Below, piece after piece: positions 11,595 to 23,683 of a DNA stretch of 64,000 nt. The notes beneath the pieces were generated by a model that searched no databases, was not told where the DNA came from, and saw nothing but the letters and a program-made list of their open reading frames with translations. The stretch spans positions 310,001 to 374,000 of the forward strand of contig LSRY02000039.1 in the NCBI GenBank assembly GCA_001643675.2, written 5' to 3'. Position numbers and translations under genes: made by a program. This stretch comes from Monocercomonoides exilis PA203 (Eukaryota > Protista > Preaxostyla). How positions within the stretch are numbered: the first letter of the stretch is position 1; each line of letters begins with the position of its first letter.

Positions 11595-14429
11595 TTAAAC
11601 ATGAAGAATTGCCTCAAGTGTTTGCAAATTAAATGAAAATCTTTGATCTCAAATAATGTTTTTCATTTTAGAAATGACTCTTTCACAACTAGACTCACTG
11701 CAGGGAGAAACGATCAATGAAAGACATAGCCCTGAGTAAATCATCTGTAAACTTCCGTATGCTGCCAGAACATTGTAATGTATTTCTGGATTTATCTCAA
11801 ACAGCTCTTCAGGCTTTGATTTCATTTGTCTTTCAAATAACAGAATGCAGCCATCGACAAACTCCTTTTCAAAACTTCTCAATACTTTTTCTGTATATTT
11901 TGTCATATATTCAATAAGCCGTGGGAACCAATCGACTAATATTTCATTTTCTATTCGTTTGATTTTTTGTAAGTCTTTTTCTTCATTCATTTCCAGTAAT
12001 AATTCTGATTTGCTTGTCGAGAACAACTCAACAATTTCTTCATCTTCTTCCACTTCTGAATCAGAACAAAGCGTTTGCAATTTTCTTCGATTGGGAATAT
12101 GTTCATCGTCTTCTTTTCTGTTTTCTGTAAATCGAACATTCTCTTCAAGTTCTGTTTCTTTTCTGGATGCTTCTCCTTTTGGCAAGTTTGACAATATTGA
12201 AGGAGAAATGCTGGAGGAAATGGACAAATGTGAAGTTGTTGAAAACCGTGCAGATGAAGAGGTTTGTAATGAACTTGAAATATCATCTGAAGACGATGTA
12301 TTTGTATCTTCTTTTTTTTCATATTGATCATTTTTTTGCGAGCATTCTTCAAACAAGAAGTCGAACATATCATCAATGGAATTTTCTTCTGCTTCCAACA
12401 ACCCGAAGGCATCGCTGTCATCATCTTCTGTATCCCTGTCATCAATTTTTTCATTTATTTTTTCGCTATTTTCAATATTTCTTTCATCTAATTGTTTTAT
12501 TAATTCCATTACATCCTGGAAATCACTTTGACCTAGTAAAGCGAGAAAAAAATGATTAACACTATTTTCGAAAAAAAAACAATTAATCAAACCTATTTCT
12601 TTTTCGGATAAAACTTTCTTTGGTGAATGTGGTTGATCGTTGTAACTTTTTCTGTAATTATTTCATGAAAAATTCAAAATAAAAAAAGAATGAAAGAAAA
12701 TAGTTAATAAAATGAAACACATTCGAAAATCTTTTGCATATGAATCCATGGTTTTAAGCAAGGGGTGAAACAACGAAACGGTTGTTTGTTTAATTGTTGA
12801 GGAATCAATCAAGCAAGAATCGTTCGATTTTTTGCAGCGATCCGAAAATATTGATGGAGTCGAAAAATTACTGATTGGAAATTGCTGTTTTCGAATTAAT
12901 TGCATGCCAGTTGGTGTCAAAGCGTAAGAAAGGACAATGTACTCCCCGCGAGTTCCAGATAAAAAATAATTATGCAACAACATCAATGAATTTACAATAG
13001 AGTTTCTCCATTTATTTTCCTTGAAGGGTTCTTGCTTTCATAAAAAGAAAAAATATTCAAAAGTATTAAGAATTAAAGGAAAAACTTGACTCAACTTTGT
13101 ATTATCATTTTCGAAGCACATATGAAGAAAATGAAAAGGGTGAAGAAAAATTTCAGCCTTGATAATATCCACGAGGCTGTTTGCATCGATCAAATGTTCC
13201 TTTTGAATAATTTCATTTTTCTTTCTAATGAAAGAAGCTATTTCAAATAAGGAATTCCATCTGGTTGAAACGAATGAAGGTGAGCGCTTCTTCAGAAGGT
13301 TCCTTATTGACTGAGAATGGGCTTTTTGAGTGAAATTGAGCATTTTTAATTTCAGATCATATAGAAATGGCACTTTGGAAAATAAATTGGTGATTACCAA
13401 ATTAGTCAGGTGGTTACAACAATAAACATGAAAGGGAATAAATGTTTGATAATTTTCAACAGGTTTATTTGAGTTGCTTTCTTGTGTTGATAAATTTTCA
13501 ATAGCTCTTTTCTGAGATGACAATCCATCTGTACAAAAACTCCTGATAACCGTATTGAACTGAGATTATTCAAAAATTAAACTTTTGACAAGTGACTCAT
13601 ATTCGTTTGAAGTTCCACATGGAGGATATAATCCCCAAAACATGGGCTTGCTGTCCAATGATAATTTTGAGATTGTCACAACAGTAATTTTTCGATTACC
13701 AACACATGCACCATCCAACATTAAACTCACTCCATTGTTCCAAATGCTTGACTGTTTTTCCTTTACGATTTGAGTTTTTTCTTTGAGCACCATATATGCG
13801 ATTTTCTTGCGAGTCAAATATGGGAAAATTGATGTTGATGGTGGTGAAGGGTTGCTTTGCCCAGCTCTGATCAATGAAAAAATAAACGAATTCATTTCTT
13901 TCGAAGAAGATGATAAAAACGAAGAATTGCATCTGCATATTAATGAAATAAATTGCTTATGTAATTCTGAAACATTTGCTGGACCATCTAACATTGAATG
14001 AGATATAGGATTTTTGCAAATTAATGTGGAATCATAAGCTTTTTTAAATCGAACAATATTTTTGTGCTTCAAAAGTTCACAATTATGATTAACAATGAAT
14101 GAGTAACTTCTTCGACCTGACACACCGCAGGCAAATCCTTCCTTCGAAATCGGGCACAGATAATACTTGTGGCAATCCTTTTTTGGTATACCATTTTCAT
14201 CAACAAGAGTGAAAGAAATCCACAATGATTCTCCAATAGCTTCAAAAGAAAGTCTAGAAAGATATTCGTTCTTTTTTCGAGGATGATCATACACTTTCCA
14301 TGAAGAAAAACACAGGGATATGAACATTGAAGAATAATAATTGATATGCACACCTGGTCCATATTTTGTTTCGCAATGTTTTTGCAATATCACAAATTGA
14401 CAATCTGCATTTTCCAATTTCTTTTTCAT
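11595..14429 (-). pseudogene. hAT transposase with three in-frame nonsense codons and two probable introns
   Basis: Motifs VSLMLDG (D1), FCTDG (D2), HVYCCNHLTNLVI (CxxH), STRWNSLF and SPCSESSCERVISKMK..DQRFSFNLQTLEAIL (catalytic E plus dimerisation domain). In-frame stops at TAA 13566-68, TGA 13038-40 and TGA 11649-51. Probable introns lie between ~12530 and ~12720. Confidence 0.88.
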
Positions 14430-14593
14430 CTTTTCAAAGATATCTTTCTGAAATAAATGTAAGAAACCTTCTTATTTGAATAACAATGGTTATTGTTCAC
14501 ACAATATAATCATTTGTCAAACATTTTTGTAATTCATTTGGCAAATTTTGAAGTTTTGTTTCTTCTTCTGGTTCGATCATTTTCTGACTCGAT

Positions 14594-14910
14594 GTGACGT
14601 TGTGACGTCAGTGACTTCAGTGACGTATCAATATTCCGATTTCCGCTTTCACGTCAGTGAAATATGTGTAATGGTAATTTTGATTTGTTTGAATTTAAAA
14701 ATAATTCATTGCAAAATTATAAATAAACAGTATATTTTAAATGAAAAATTATTAATCACTATGAAGAAATAAATTTTTAATTTTTTTTTATTTTTTAATT
14801 TTAATTATAATTTTTTATTTTAATTTATTTTTTTTTTTTTTTTGTGACGTAAAAAAATCTATCAAGTCCGTCAAAAATCGAAAAAGTCACGTCAGAAGTC
14901 ACCACGTCAC
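14594..14910. promoter_or_regulatory. Subterminal GTGAC(GT)/GTCAC repeat cluster, probable transposase-binding sites
   Basis: TGTGACGTTGTGACGTCAGTGACTTCAGTGACGT (~14593-14626), with further copies at ~14650, ~14843 and 14886-14910. The same motif occurs in the TIR and near 7956-7965. Confidence 0.6.
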
Positions 14911-15166
14911 CCAGGGTTAATTTTTTATCAGTTGAAAACGAATTATTAATTCATCAACAAAATATATTCTTTTTTTGAATTTAAATTCACATTTAAAAAA
15001 ACAATGATTGTGCTTGAAAAATTCGCTTATATAAAATATTTAATGAAAAATATAAAATTTGAAATTGTGTTAAAAGAGAAATACAAGTCAAAGATGCAAA
15101 AATGATTAACTTTGAAAAGTTAATAATTTTTTGTCAAATGTTACAATAATGGAATAAGATCTAAAA

Positions 15167-17027
15167 ATGTCAACTCAAATACCTGGACAACATAAAGGAG
15201 ACCATGGTATATTTTTATGATTTGTTCATCATCAACTTAATGTTTTTGTTAAAGTGACCAAGATGGAGGGCCCAACAGGCTATCACTCCTATTCTGAAGA
15301 GGAGAAAACTGCCTTTGTTGAGTTTATCAACATGCATCTTTCTGGAGATCCTGATCTTGAGGGAGTTGTGCCCATTGATTCATCAGGTGATGATATTTTC
15401 AAAAAGGTGCACGATGGTATTCTCCTCTCGAAAATGATAAATGTTGCGAAGGAAGGAGCACTTGGTTTGACATTCACATATTTTTTCAGCAATTAATAAA
15501 CCACATTACGAAACAACTTTGCTTTGATTAGACGAACGTGCACTGACAAAAAAGAAGTTAAACATCTACAACATTCAAGCAAATCAATGCCTTTGCATTA
15601 ACTCTGCTAAGGCTATTGGTGTGCTGGTTCTTTTTGTTTTATTTTTAACTGTGCTAATTTAAATATATTCTTTCAGGTTGCAGTGTTGTTAACATTGGGG
15701 CTCAAGATATTATTGAAGGAAGACCAATGCTTGTATTTGCTCTTATGTGGCAGATTATCAGAGTTTGAAACTGAAAGCAATTAAATTGATGGAAATCTTT
15801 TAATATTTTATTTGCTTTGTTTACGCTTTTTTACAGATCAAATTGACAAGCAAAATCAATTTGAAGGATCATCCTGAACTGTATCGTTTGTTGGAAGAAG
15901 GTGAAACAATCGAAGACTTTTTGAAAATGCCACCTGAACACATCTTGCTGAGATGGTTTAACTACCATTTGAAAGCTGCCAACCACTCTCGCCGTGTGAC
16001 AAATTTCACAACAGATGTGCAGGATGGAGAAAACTACATCGTCCTTCTTCATCAAATCGCCCCAATGCACTGCGACCTCTCAGGGTTAGAAGACACAGAC
16101 CCACTTAAGCGAGGTGAGTTTATTCTGTCTGGTGCTGAGAAGCTTGGTGTGAAGAGGTTTATTAAACCAGCCGATATTGCATCAGGAAACAACAAACTGA
16201 ACATGTCGTTCACTGCACAGCTGTTCAACATGTGGCCTGCACTTGCACCACTGGAGACGATGGATGATAAATTGAAGATTCTGATTGATGAAGACGATTC
16301 TGCAGAAAACAGAGAAGAAAGATCGTTCAGAAACTGGATGAACAACGTTGGAATTGAGACGTTTGTGAACAACCTGTTTACTGATCTGAAAGACGGGTTT
16401 GTGCTTCTTCAACTTTTGGACAAACTTAAACCCGGGTGCATCAATTGGTCGAAGGTCAACAAGCCTCCCGTTAAGAACGTGTTTAAGATGAACGAGAACA
16501 CAAACTATGCATTACAGGAGGCTCGCGACCAAGGCTGCTCTCTTGTGGGTATTGGAGGTGCTGACATCTCAAGAGGGCATCGTCAGTTTACATTGGCCAT
16601 CACATGGCAGCTGAGAAGGCAATATATGATGTCGTATCTGCAGGAACTTGCAAAGAAACAAGGAAAGCCTGCATACACAGAACAGAGTCTGCTTGCAGAA
16701 GCGAACGAGCAAGTACAAAAGGCTGGAAAGACATCAATGATCACTGGATACAACGACCCATCAATCAAAACGTCCCGCTTCCTTTGGGATCTTATTGGCA
16801 CAATCGAGCCACGTGCCATTGATGAAGAGTTGTTCCGCACAGGAGGAGAAGGAGAAGAAGAGAAGAAAGACCAGGAAATGAATGCCAAATATGCCATTGC
16901 TGCCGCTCGCAAGATTGGATGCTCCATTTTCTGTCTGTGGGAGGATATCGTTGAAGTGAACCCAAAAATGATTCTTACAATGGTTGGTGCTATCATCGCA
17001 GAAGGGCATAAAGTGACTGAAGAGTAA
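15167..17027 (+). CDS. Fimbrin/plastin (four CH domains, two actin-binding domains), no EF-hand headpiece
   Basis: [16 protein letters not shown]...[84 protein letters not shown]. Four short introns (~15207-15254, 15465-15531, 15619-15676, 15763-15836). Confidence 0.95.
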
Positions 17028-17558
17028 TACAAAGATGCAGCTTTAATATATGAGATAATGCCATTTTCAATTCTTTTCTCTCTTTTTTTCTATAATCTTC
17101 GCTATTTTTATTTTTTTGATGGCATTATTTCTTCAATATGTTTTACAAAGTATCTGTGGATCTTAAATTGAAATTATCTGTTGGAAATATAATTTACAAT
17201 GCATATCTGAGTTTAACATTTTGAATTTATGAGCTTAGTTTGTTATGAACCTAGCAAGAGATTTATTTCCTTACAATGTTTTATTTTTTACACAACTTTA
17301 TTTTTATTTAATTTCTAATAATCAATTATTCCATCTTATCCTTATTTTTTGTTTTCAATCTCTTTATCATCAAATTTAATCAACATATGTTTATCTAAAA
17401 AATTTCTTTTTTGTTGTTGACAGTCATTTGAGGAATATATTTAAAAGAAGGAGGAAATGCGAAATGAAAATTTACATTCAACTCAAATTAAAAGAAAATG
17501 AAATTTTCAGCAAAACAAAAAATGAAATGATTTGATATTACAATTTTTTAATTCAGTG

Positions 17559-18160
17559 TTATTGAACAGACTCTGAGCTTCGACATTGAAGAAGTGCTTT
17601 TCTATATAATTTCTTTTGTCTTTTAAGTAACCTATTAAATTTAAATAAAAAACAATAAATTATTTGAAATGAATTTTCATCATACTTTTTTTGGTGTGCA
17701 ATTGAGCGTTGAAGAAATCTCTCTTCACATACTTCGATTTGCAAACGTTTCAAGATGCTTGCCTGTTATAATTCGCAAATACTCAAAATAAGAAAAAAAT
17801 AAAATTCATGTCACACATTAAAAAGGTCAACGTCAGGAAGGACCTTTGTTTGAATTACCCTTGGAGCAGTAATTTCAGTCAGCGCACGAGATTTAAAACT
17901 GAAATATTTATTATTAAGAAATGTCCAATATAAATTAAAAAACTGTCAAACCCTTCTGAAATTTGGCGTAAAATAACATTTTGATCTTCCGGGATAAGCT
18001 GTGCAAAACTTTCAGTTGATCTGTAACAAAATCCATTTGAAAAAAGTTATGAATTAAAGAAAAAAAATAAAAACCGAATTGCTGCTGTTGTAAGTCTGAT
18101 CATGTTACTTATAAACATGGTATCCACTGGAGGATCTTTCATTCTTCGATTTTCAGCCAT
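17559..18160 (-). CDS. Small five-exon hypothetical coiled-coil protein (~128 aa)
   Basis: Manual splicing through four GT-AG introns keeps one open frame: MAENRRMKDPPVDTMFISNMIRLTTAAIRSTESFAQLIPEDQNVILRQISEGFKSRALTEITAPRVIQTKVLPDVDLFNASILKRLQIEVCEERFLQRSIAHQKKLLKRQKKLYRKALLQCRSSESVQ*. Confidence 0.65.
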
Positions 18161-18621
18161 TTAATACTGAAGTGAAACTATTCAATTCCAAGGTTAAAAA
18201 AAATTACATCTTAAGAAATTATGATCACAAAAAGCTTTGACAACCAAAAATATCGAATATTAAAAATGCCCAATTTAACATATAAAAAAACTATTCTTTT
18301 TGAAAACTCTCAAAAAAATACAAAATTTCATTTTTTCTTTCTTCCTTTAAATTTTTGAAAGAAAAAACATTTATCAAACTGGATCATCAATGCAAGAAAA
18401 TTAAAGTCTAACTTTCAACGAGCGTGAAATTATCAAAACAAAATAATAAAAAAATTTTCTTTAAAATTTAAAACTTATAATATGTGAAAAAAAAAAAAAT
18501 CATTAACATAAAAGACAAAAAATATAAACAACCGTTCAAAAATACAGTTCTAAATTACACTGTAAATTCCTAAATGAAATGATAAGTTTCCACAACATAT
18601 GAAATGCATGTTTTACATCCA

Positions 18622-20897
18622 TCATATTGACTTCTTCTTTCTCCTTTTCTTTTTCTTTATAGATTCTCCGAAGTTCTGGTCAACCTGGGGCTGCAGCCTC
18701 CTTCTCCTCTCCTCCTCGCTCATATTCCCGCTGATCCTGTCGCTCTGGTTGTCTTCCTCCTCGTCCTCCTCCGCCTCGCTCCTCCGCCTCCTCTCCTTCT
18801 CCCGCTCCTTCTCAATCTCGCTCAGCAGCCGCTCCCGCGTCCTCTCCGTCTCCCTCTCGTTCCACTCGTCCTGCTCTGTGCTGTGTATCGTCTGCATCGA
18901 CATCCCTTCCTCCAGCAGTGGCAGCCCTCTCCGCTGCATCTGCTGCAGACGGTGGTGGTTGAGCACTTGCTCCAGCGACAGGTTGCCCGCAGGGGCTGGG
19001 GAAGAGCCAGTGAGCGTGGATGTGAAGGAAAGCGTGTGGGAAAAGGATCCTTGGGATGGAGAGGCTGAGAGAGAAGAAGAAGAAGAAGAAGAAGAAGAAG
19101 AAGAAGAAGAGGATGATGAAGACGATGAGAAAGAAAGAGAAGGAGCGAATCTGTTAGGTGAAGTGAGGTGGAATGTGAATGGTGACTGTCCAATGCCTTC
19201 CTCGTGAATGTCGCTTGATGTGGTTGAAGTGAAGTTGATTGCCTGATTTTCTGGCTGGTTTGCGTGAGATGAGCCAGAACTGATAGAAACGGTGCCCACA
19301 TCTCCGTTCTGAGAGCCCGATGCCAAACCGGAACCAGTCACAGAAGCAGATGCAGACGAGACAGACATGGCAGAAGAAGAAGAGGAAGAAGAGGAAGAAG
19401 AAGATGATGATGAAAATGTAACGCCAAAAGAAGCAGGTGGTGATTGTGATGAAACAGAGGCAGAGCACTGTGGAAGAGTGTCGAGGGACATCTGAGTCGG
19501 AGAGGAAGAGAGAGAATATGGATATGAAGAGACTGAGTGAATTGATATGTTTGAGGTTAAAGGAGTGTAAAATTCTCCGTCTTTCTTCTTCTTTTTCTTT
19601 TTCTTCTTCTTCTTCTTTTTCCCTCCGCTTGATCCTCCTTCACTTCCCATGTCATTCCACGCACTTTCCCTCCGCCCGTATTTCGATATGCTGTTCCTCT
19701 TCTTCTGCCCATCTTTTCCTTTCCCTTTGCCGGCACGCAAATAACCAGAAGAGGAAGAGGCAGAGCCAAACGGGGAGATGGTGGAGGACGAAGAAGACGT
19801 CTGCACTTTCAGAATGAGAAACATCAGAAGAAGAAACACAGATGGAAGAATCTCCCAGCAGATCTGCAAGGATACTGTACGAATATACAGACCTCCACTG
19901 TTGTATAAATAAATAAGAAATAGAATGTCATGAAAATTACAAACAATAACAACAATTTTCATAATGTGTTTTTAACAAAGTTATTGAAGCATTTAAGTTT
20001 GCAAAAAAAACTACAAACCATGACAAATCATCCAATCCACATTCTGCAGAAAATCGACCAATGATTGTCTGGAGAACATTCACATCAAAAACTTTTAGAA
20101 GCGACCATAAAAATCTTGCCAAAAACACTGCCCACATCAAAGCAATTAAAATCATCAGTCCATTCAGACTACGTTTTATTTTCCCAAAACCACGAGCCAG
20201 AACGCAAATTTGGAAAAGCCTTACCGCATAAATAGAAATTGAAACGAGCACAGCAAAATACAATACACTATTTAAAATCATAAGAGCTTGATCAGGTGAA
20301 GCTAAATCTATTGTTTTAGATTTCTTGAAAAGGAATATGTCAGTTGAAGGGGAAAATATATTTCAAAAAACACTTAAATCGAAAAAAATATAAATACCGT
20401 TTCTCTTATAGTTATTACAAGCGATGCAATAAACATTGCGGCAAGCATGATGAGGAATAATGATCTCAGTAAGTTTTTCGTGCAGGAATGTAGATTTGAA
20501 GGCGGAAGAATTGCGCTTCCAAGCCAAAGTGCAAGAACTTCCCATGCGACAAATAGCAAATAACGAGGTATTTGATCAGCAATGAAAAGTCCCCAAAAAT
20601 AATTGAAAGGAACAGGCACCGTGTAACAAAAGATGCGCATCATCAAAAAAAGATTGAAAATTACTAAAAATAATTTTCTAGTGTGAGTCTTTTTCCCAGA
20701 TACTTTATAAAATGTAATTGCCATTTCTTGGAAAGCGAACAAGGCACAAATAAAATACAACGAGACCAAAACTATTAGAGGGGCAGCCCCTGCTCCAAAC
20801 ATCACTAAAAAAATAAAATAAAATACAATTTCAAAATAATATACAAACCAGGCACTTGGGCCGTTAGACGAGGCTGTGTCGGTGAAGATTCACTCAT
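18622..20897 (-). CDS. GPR137/TOM1(THH1)-like seven-transmembrane protein with a long Ser-rich cytosolic tail
   Basis: About seven hydrophobic helices in ORFs 20374-20805, 19937-20281 and the start of 18622-19962. Motifs include FLMMRIF, DQIPRYLLF, VFLARFLW and WEILPSVFLL. ATG at 20897. Confidence 0.72.
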
Positions 20898-20951
20898 TCC
20901 GATCACATACTGATCATGAATGATCTTGAACATTTTTTATAATAGTCACAA

Positions 20952-22794
20952 ATGGATGAGGAATTAAATTTGGCTGTAAACAGCGATGCATCCGACGAAT
21001 CAAAAACAAAAAGCGATGAGCAGAATGAGAAAGGTAATAATAATAAAGCAACTTCTGCAGCTACCAACGCTATTCAAGTGACTATTGATGATGACGATTT
21101 GTTTGAACAGTCGGAAAGCGAAGTGACACCATCAAAAAAAAAGGCTGCTTCAAATTCAAATAAAAGAACAAGTATTGCAACAAAATTATTTTTTTGTTTA
21201 AATGGAAATGTTGTTTTTGTAATCTGAAAAAAAATAAAAAATTACTTCTACCATTTTTTAATTTTTTTTCATGGATATTGATACTAATTTATATGAAGCA
21301 GATAAAAAAGATGCGCAAGAAGAAACTCTCATTTCACAAGAACACGAAGAAGAAGAAGAAGGAGAGCCAATGATGGCTCCAATCACAGAACAAGAAGAAA
21401 AAGCAATTGAAAAGAGAAAGAAGAAGAAGAATGAAGAAGAATTGGACGAAGATGTTTTAGATTGTTTGAAATTTGTTGTTATTTGATTAATGCTTTTTAT
21501 TTTTAATTTTTTCTTTTCAAATTACAAAAATAAAGTTTTGTTTGACGATTCTGAAGATGAAGAAAATATGGATGATGATGACGATGAATTCAAAATAGAG
21601 AAAAATGCAACTCAAGAAAGTGATGATGATTTTGATGTGTCTGACGACGAAGAAAAAATATCCGATTTTGAAGAAGATGAAGATGATGATTGGGACGATG
21701 ATGGGAAAAAGAAGAAAAAGAAAAAATCAGGTGCAAAAGGAAGATCAGGGAGAGGGAAAAAGAAGAGTGCGGACAGCAAAGATGATGACTTCTCTGGAGG
21801 AGAGAAGAAAAAGAGGGCAACGGGGGGCTCAAGAAAGAAGAAAGTGGACTCTGATGCTGAGCCTAAGCCGAAAAGGGCACGTGCAGCGCCAAAGGCCAAA
21901 GCCAAAGCGACAACGCCCAAGCCAAAGGCAGCTACCAAAAAGGCGATTGTCAAAAAGGTTGAGGATACCAAAGAGGAAGAGAAAGGCGAAGGAGCAGAGG
22001 TTGAAGGAGAGAGCGAGACGAAAAAGAAGAAGAGCAACATCGCATCCGACGACGAGCACAGCGCTGAAGAAGCTGGAGAAAGTGAAGGTGAAGGGTCAAA
22101 CGACGAAAGCAAAGAAAGCCACGCCAAAGCAGCGCCTGCCTCAAAAGCTCCTTCGAAGTCCCTGTCTGGCGCAAAGCCTGCATCCACGTCATTATCTCAG
22201 CACTCAAGTCTACTCACGCACCACACCCCGCTGAAGGGGCTGGGTGGGCTGAAGAAGACAGGCCTATCGTCGATCCTTTCTTCCTCTTCCTCTTCCTCCT
22301 CCTCTTCTTCTTCGACTTCTTCTTCTACTTCCTCACCTTCTGCCTCGCCGTCTGCTGGCTCGCCAACAGGGTCACTCGGAGGGATAAGAAGCCTCGGGGG
22401 ATTGAAGCGCCCGCTTTTGCACTCGTCGCAGCCACTGACGCTGTCGCAGTCGAGCCAGTCGCAAGGCACAACCAAAAAATCGCTTGTCAAAAAGGTGTCA
22501 GACGATGATGATGAGAACGAAGGCAACACAGGAGAGGGCAATGGCGATGAAGCAGAAAAGGGAGATGAGGAAGAGGGTTCCCATGAAAAGGAGGAGAATA
22601 ATGATGAGGAAACACATAGCGTTACAAAGCCACTGCTTAAACCTTCTATTCTCAAGTCTGCTCCTTTAAAAACTACTCTCTCTCACTCCCCTACTAAACT
22701 TGGATCTGGAGGGCTTGGAGGTTTAACAAAATCATTGGGACCAGTTCGACGTCTTGGAATTGCTAGAACGATTCCACCTCACCAAACGAAGTAA
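20952..22794 (+). CDS. Acidic/Lys/Ser-rich intrinsically disordered protein, probably nuclear; C-terminal RAD51AP1-like motif is tentative
   Basis: ORFs 20952, 21271 and 21490 are separated by AT-rich intron-like gaps. D/E blocks alternate with K-rich NLS-like blocks, and the protein ends VRRLGIARTIPPHQTK*. Confidence 0.65.
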
Positions 22795-22965
22795 TATTTT
22801 ATTTTGTTCATAATTTTAATCTTTTCATTGCAATATAATATCGTTCATTTCAACCTTTTTAATTTGATCTTTTTGCAACATTTTTTATCTGTTATTTTTT
22901 TAACCTTTTATTCAAAGTATTGTAACTTTTAAAGACAGATAAATTTTATTTTTGCAAAATACGTA

Positions 22966-23469
22966 ATGCAGAAAATGTCAAATACAACATATCATGATAA
23001 ACGTCCTTCTGCATCAACTGAAGAAACAAATTCAATTGAGACTACTGAGATAAAGCCTCTGGAAAAATGGCAAACATTTCTAGCCAGTAAACTTGACGAT
23101 AAATTACAGCAGGAGCTTGAATTTGTTGGAACGAAAGAAGATAGCAGCTCTTCAAATGCTGATGGTGTTGAAAAATATGAAGATCATTTTGATGAAATCC
23201 CTCTTTTTATTGAATCCTATCCATATGCTGGGCTTGATAGTGGAATTAAATTATTTGAATCTTCACCATTACGCTCCTTTTCTCCAACAAATGATCATTC
23301 AGAAAGTTCGAATAAACAATTAGAAATAAATGCATGCTCTTCTTCTGCAAAATCGGGAAAGGAAGAAAAGAAAGATGACGATGATTCTGACGATGAATTA
23401 GAAACCAAACTTCTAGTTCCAGGGATTGCTGTGGATTTTGTCAATGAAAAAATTATTCCACAAAAATAA
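22966..23469 (+). CDS. Hypothetical acidic protein (167 aa)
   Basis: Single ATG-to-TAA ORF with coding-like composition between AT-rich flanks; no motif recognised. Confidence 0.5.
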   Translation: MQKMSNTTYHDKRPSASTEETNSIETTEIKPLEKWQTFLASKLDDKLQQELEFVGTKEDSSSSNADGVEKYEDHFDEIPLFIESYPYAGLDSGIKLFESSPLRSFSPTNDHSESSNKQLEINACSSSAKSGKEEKKDDDDSDDELETKLLVPGIAVDFVNEKIIPQK

Positions 23470-23683
23470 TAACTTTTCAATCAAGTCTATTGAGTGAGGG
23501 GGAAAATAAACTTTTCACTTCAATACATTTCACTGTTCATAATTATTTTTTAAAAAATCTTTGTTTTGAAAGCCAAATCAGAAAAGAAAAATTCTTTCCT
23601 TCTGAAAATTACAAATAATTGAAAAACAAAAAAATGAGTGATAATTTCTCATCTATCAGATTTTTTGAGATTAATATGCTCAA

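Larger units (their letters stand above)
7922..14919 (-). mobile_element. hAT-superfamily DNA transposon, ~7.0 kb
   Basis: Perfect 17-bp TIRs TAACCCTGGGTGACGTG (7922-7938) and CACGTCACCCAGGGTTA (14903-14919). 8-bp TSD ATTTTTTA (7914-7921 and 14920-14927). Internal hAT transposase; clustered subterminal GTGAC/GTCAC motifs. Confidence 0.95.
6532..14959. mobile_element. Non-autonomous TIR element (~1.4 kb of own sequence, ~112-bp imperfect TIRs, TGT...ACA ends); right TIR split by a nested hAT
   Basis: 6532-6643 (TGTTGATGAATTAATAATTCGTCTTCAACTGATAAAAAAT...TCATTCACATGGATTTTTC...ATATG) is the reverse complement of 7842-7921 joined to 14928-14959. No TSD recognised and no intact ORF inside. Confidence 0.85.

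Noticed and set aside
11595-14429. Alternative genetic code (TAA/TAG=Gln, as in some oxymonads) or TGA readthrough rescuing the transposase
   Set aside because: Conserved genes here end in TAA, TAG or TGA (H4, fimbrin, ACBP, SH3 protein, PTB), the polyQ gene uses CAA/CAG throughout, and the transposase stops are of mixed type. Ordinary nonsense mutations are simpler.
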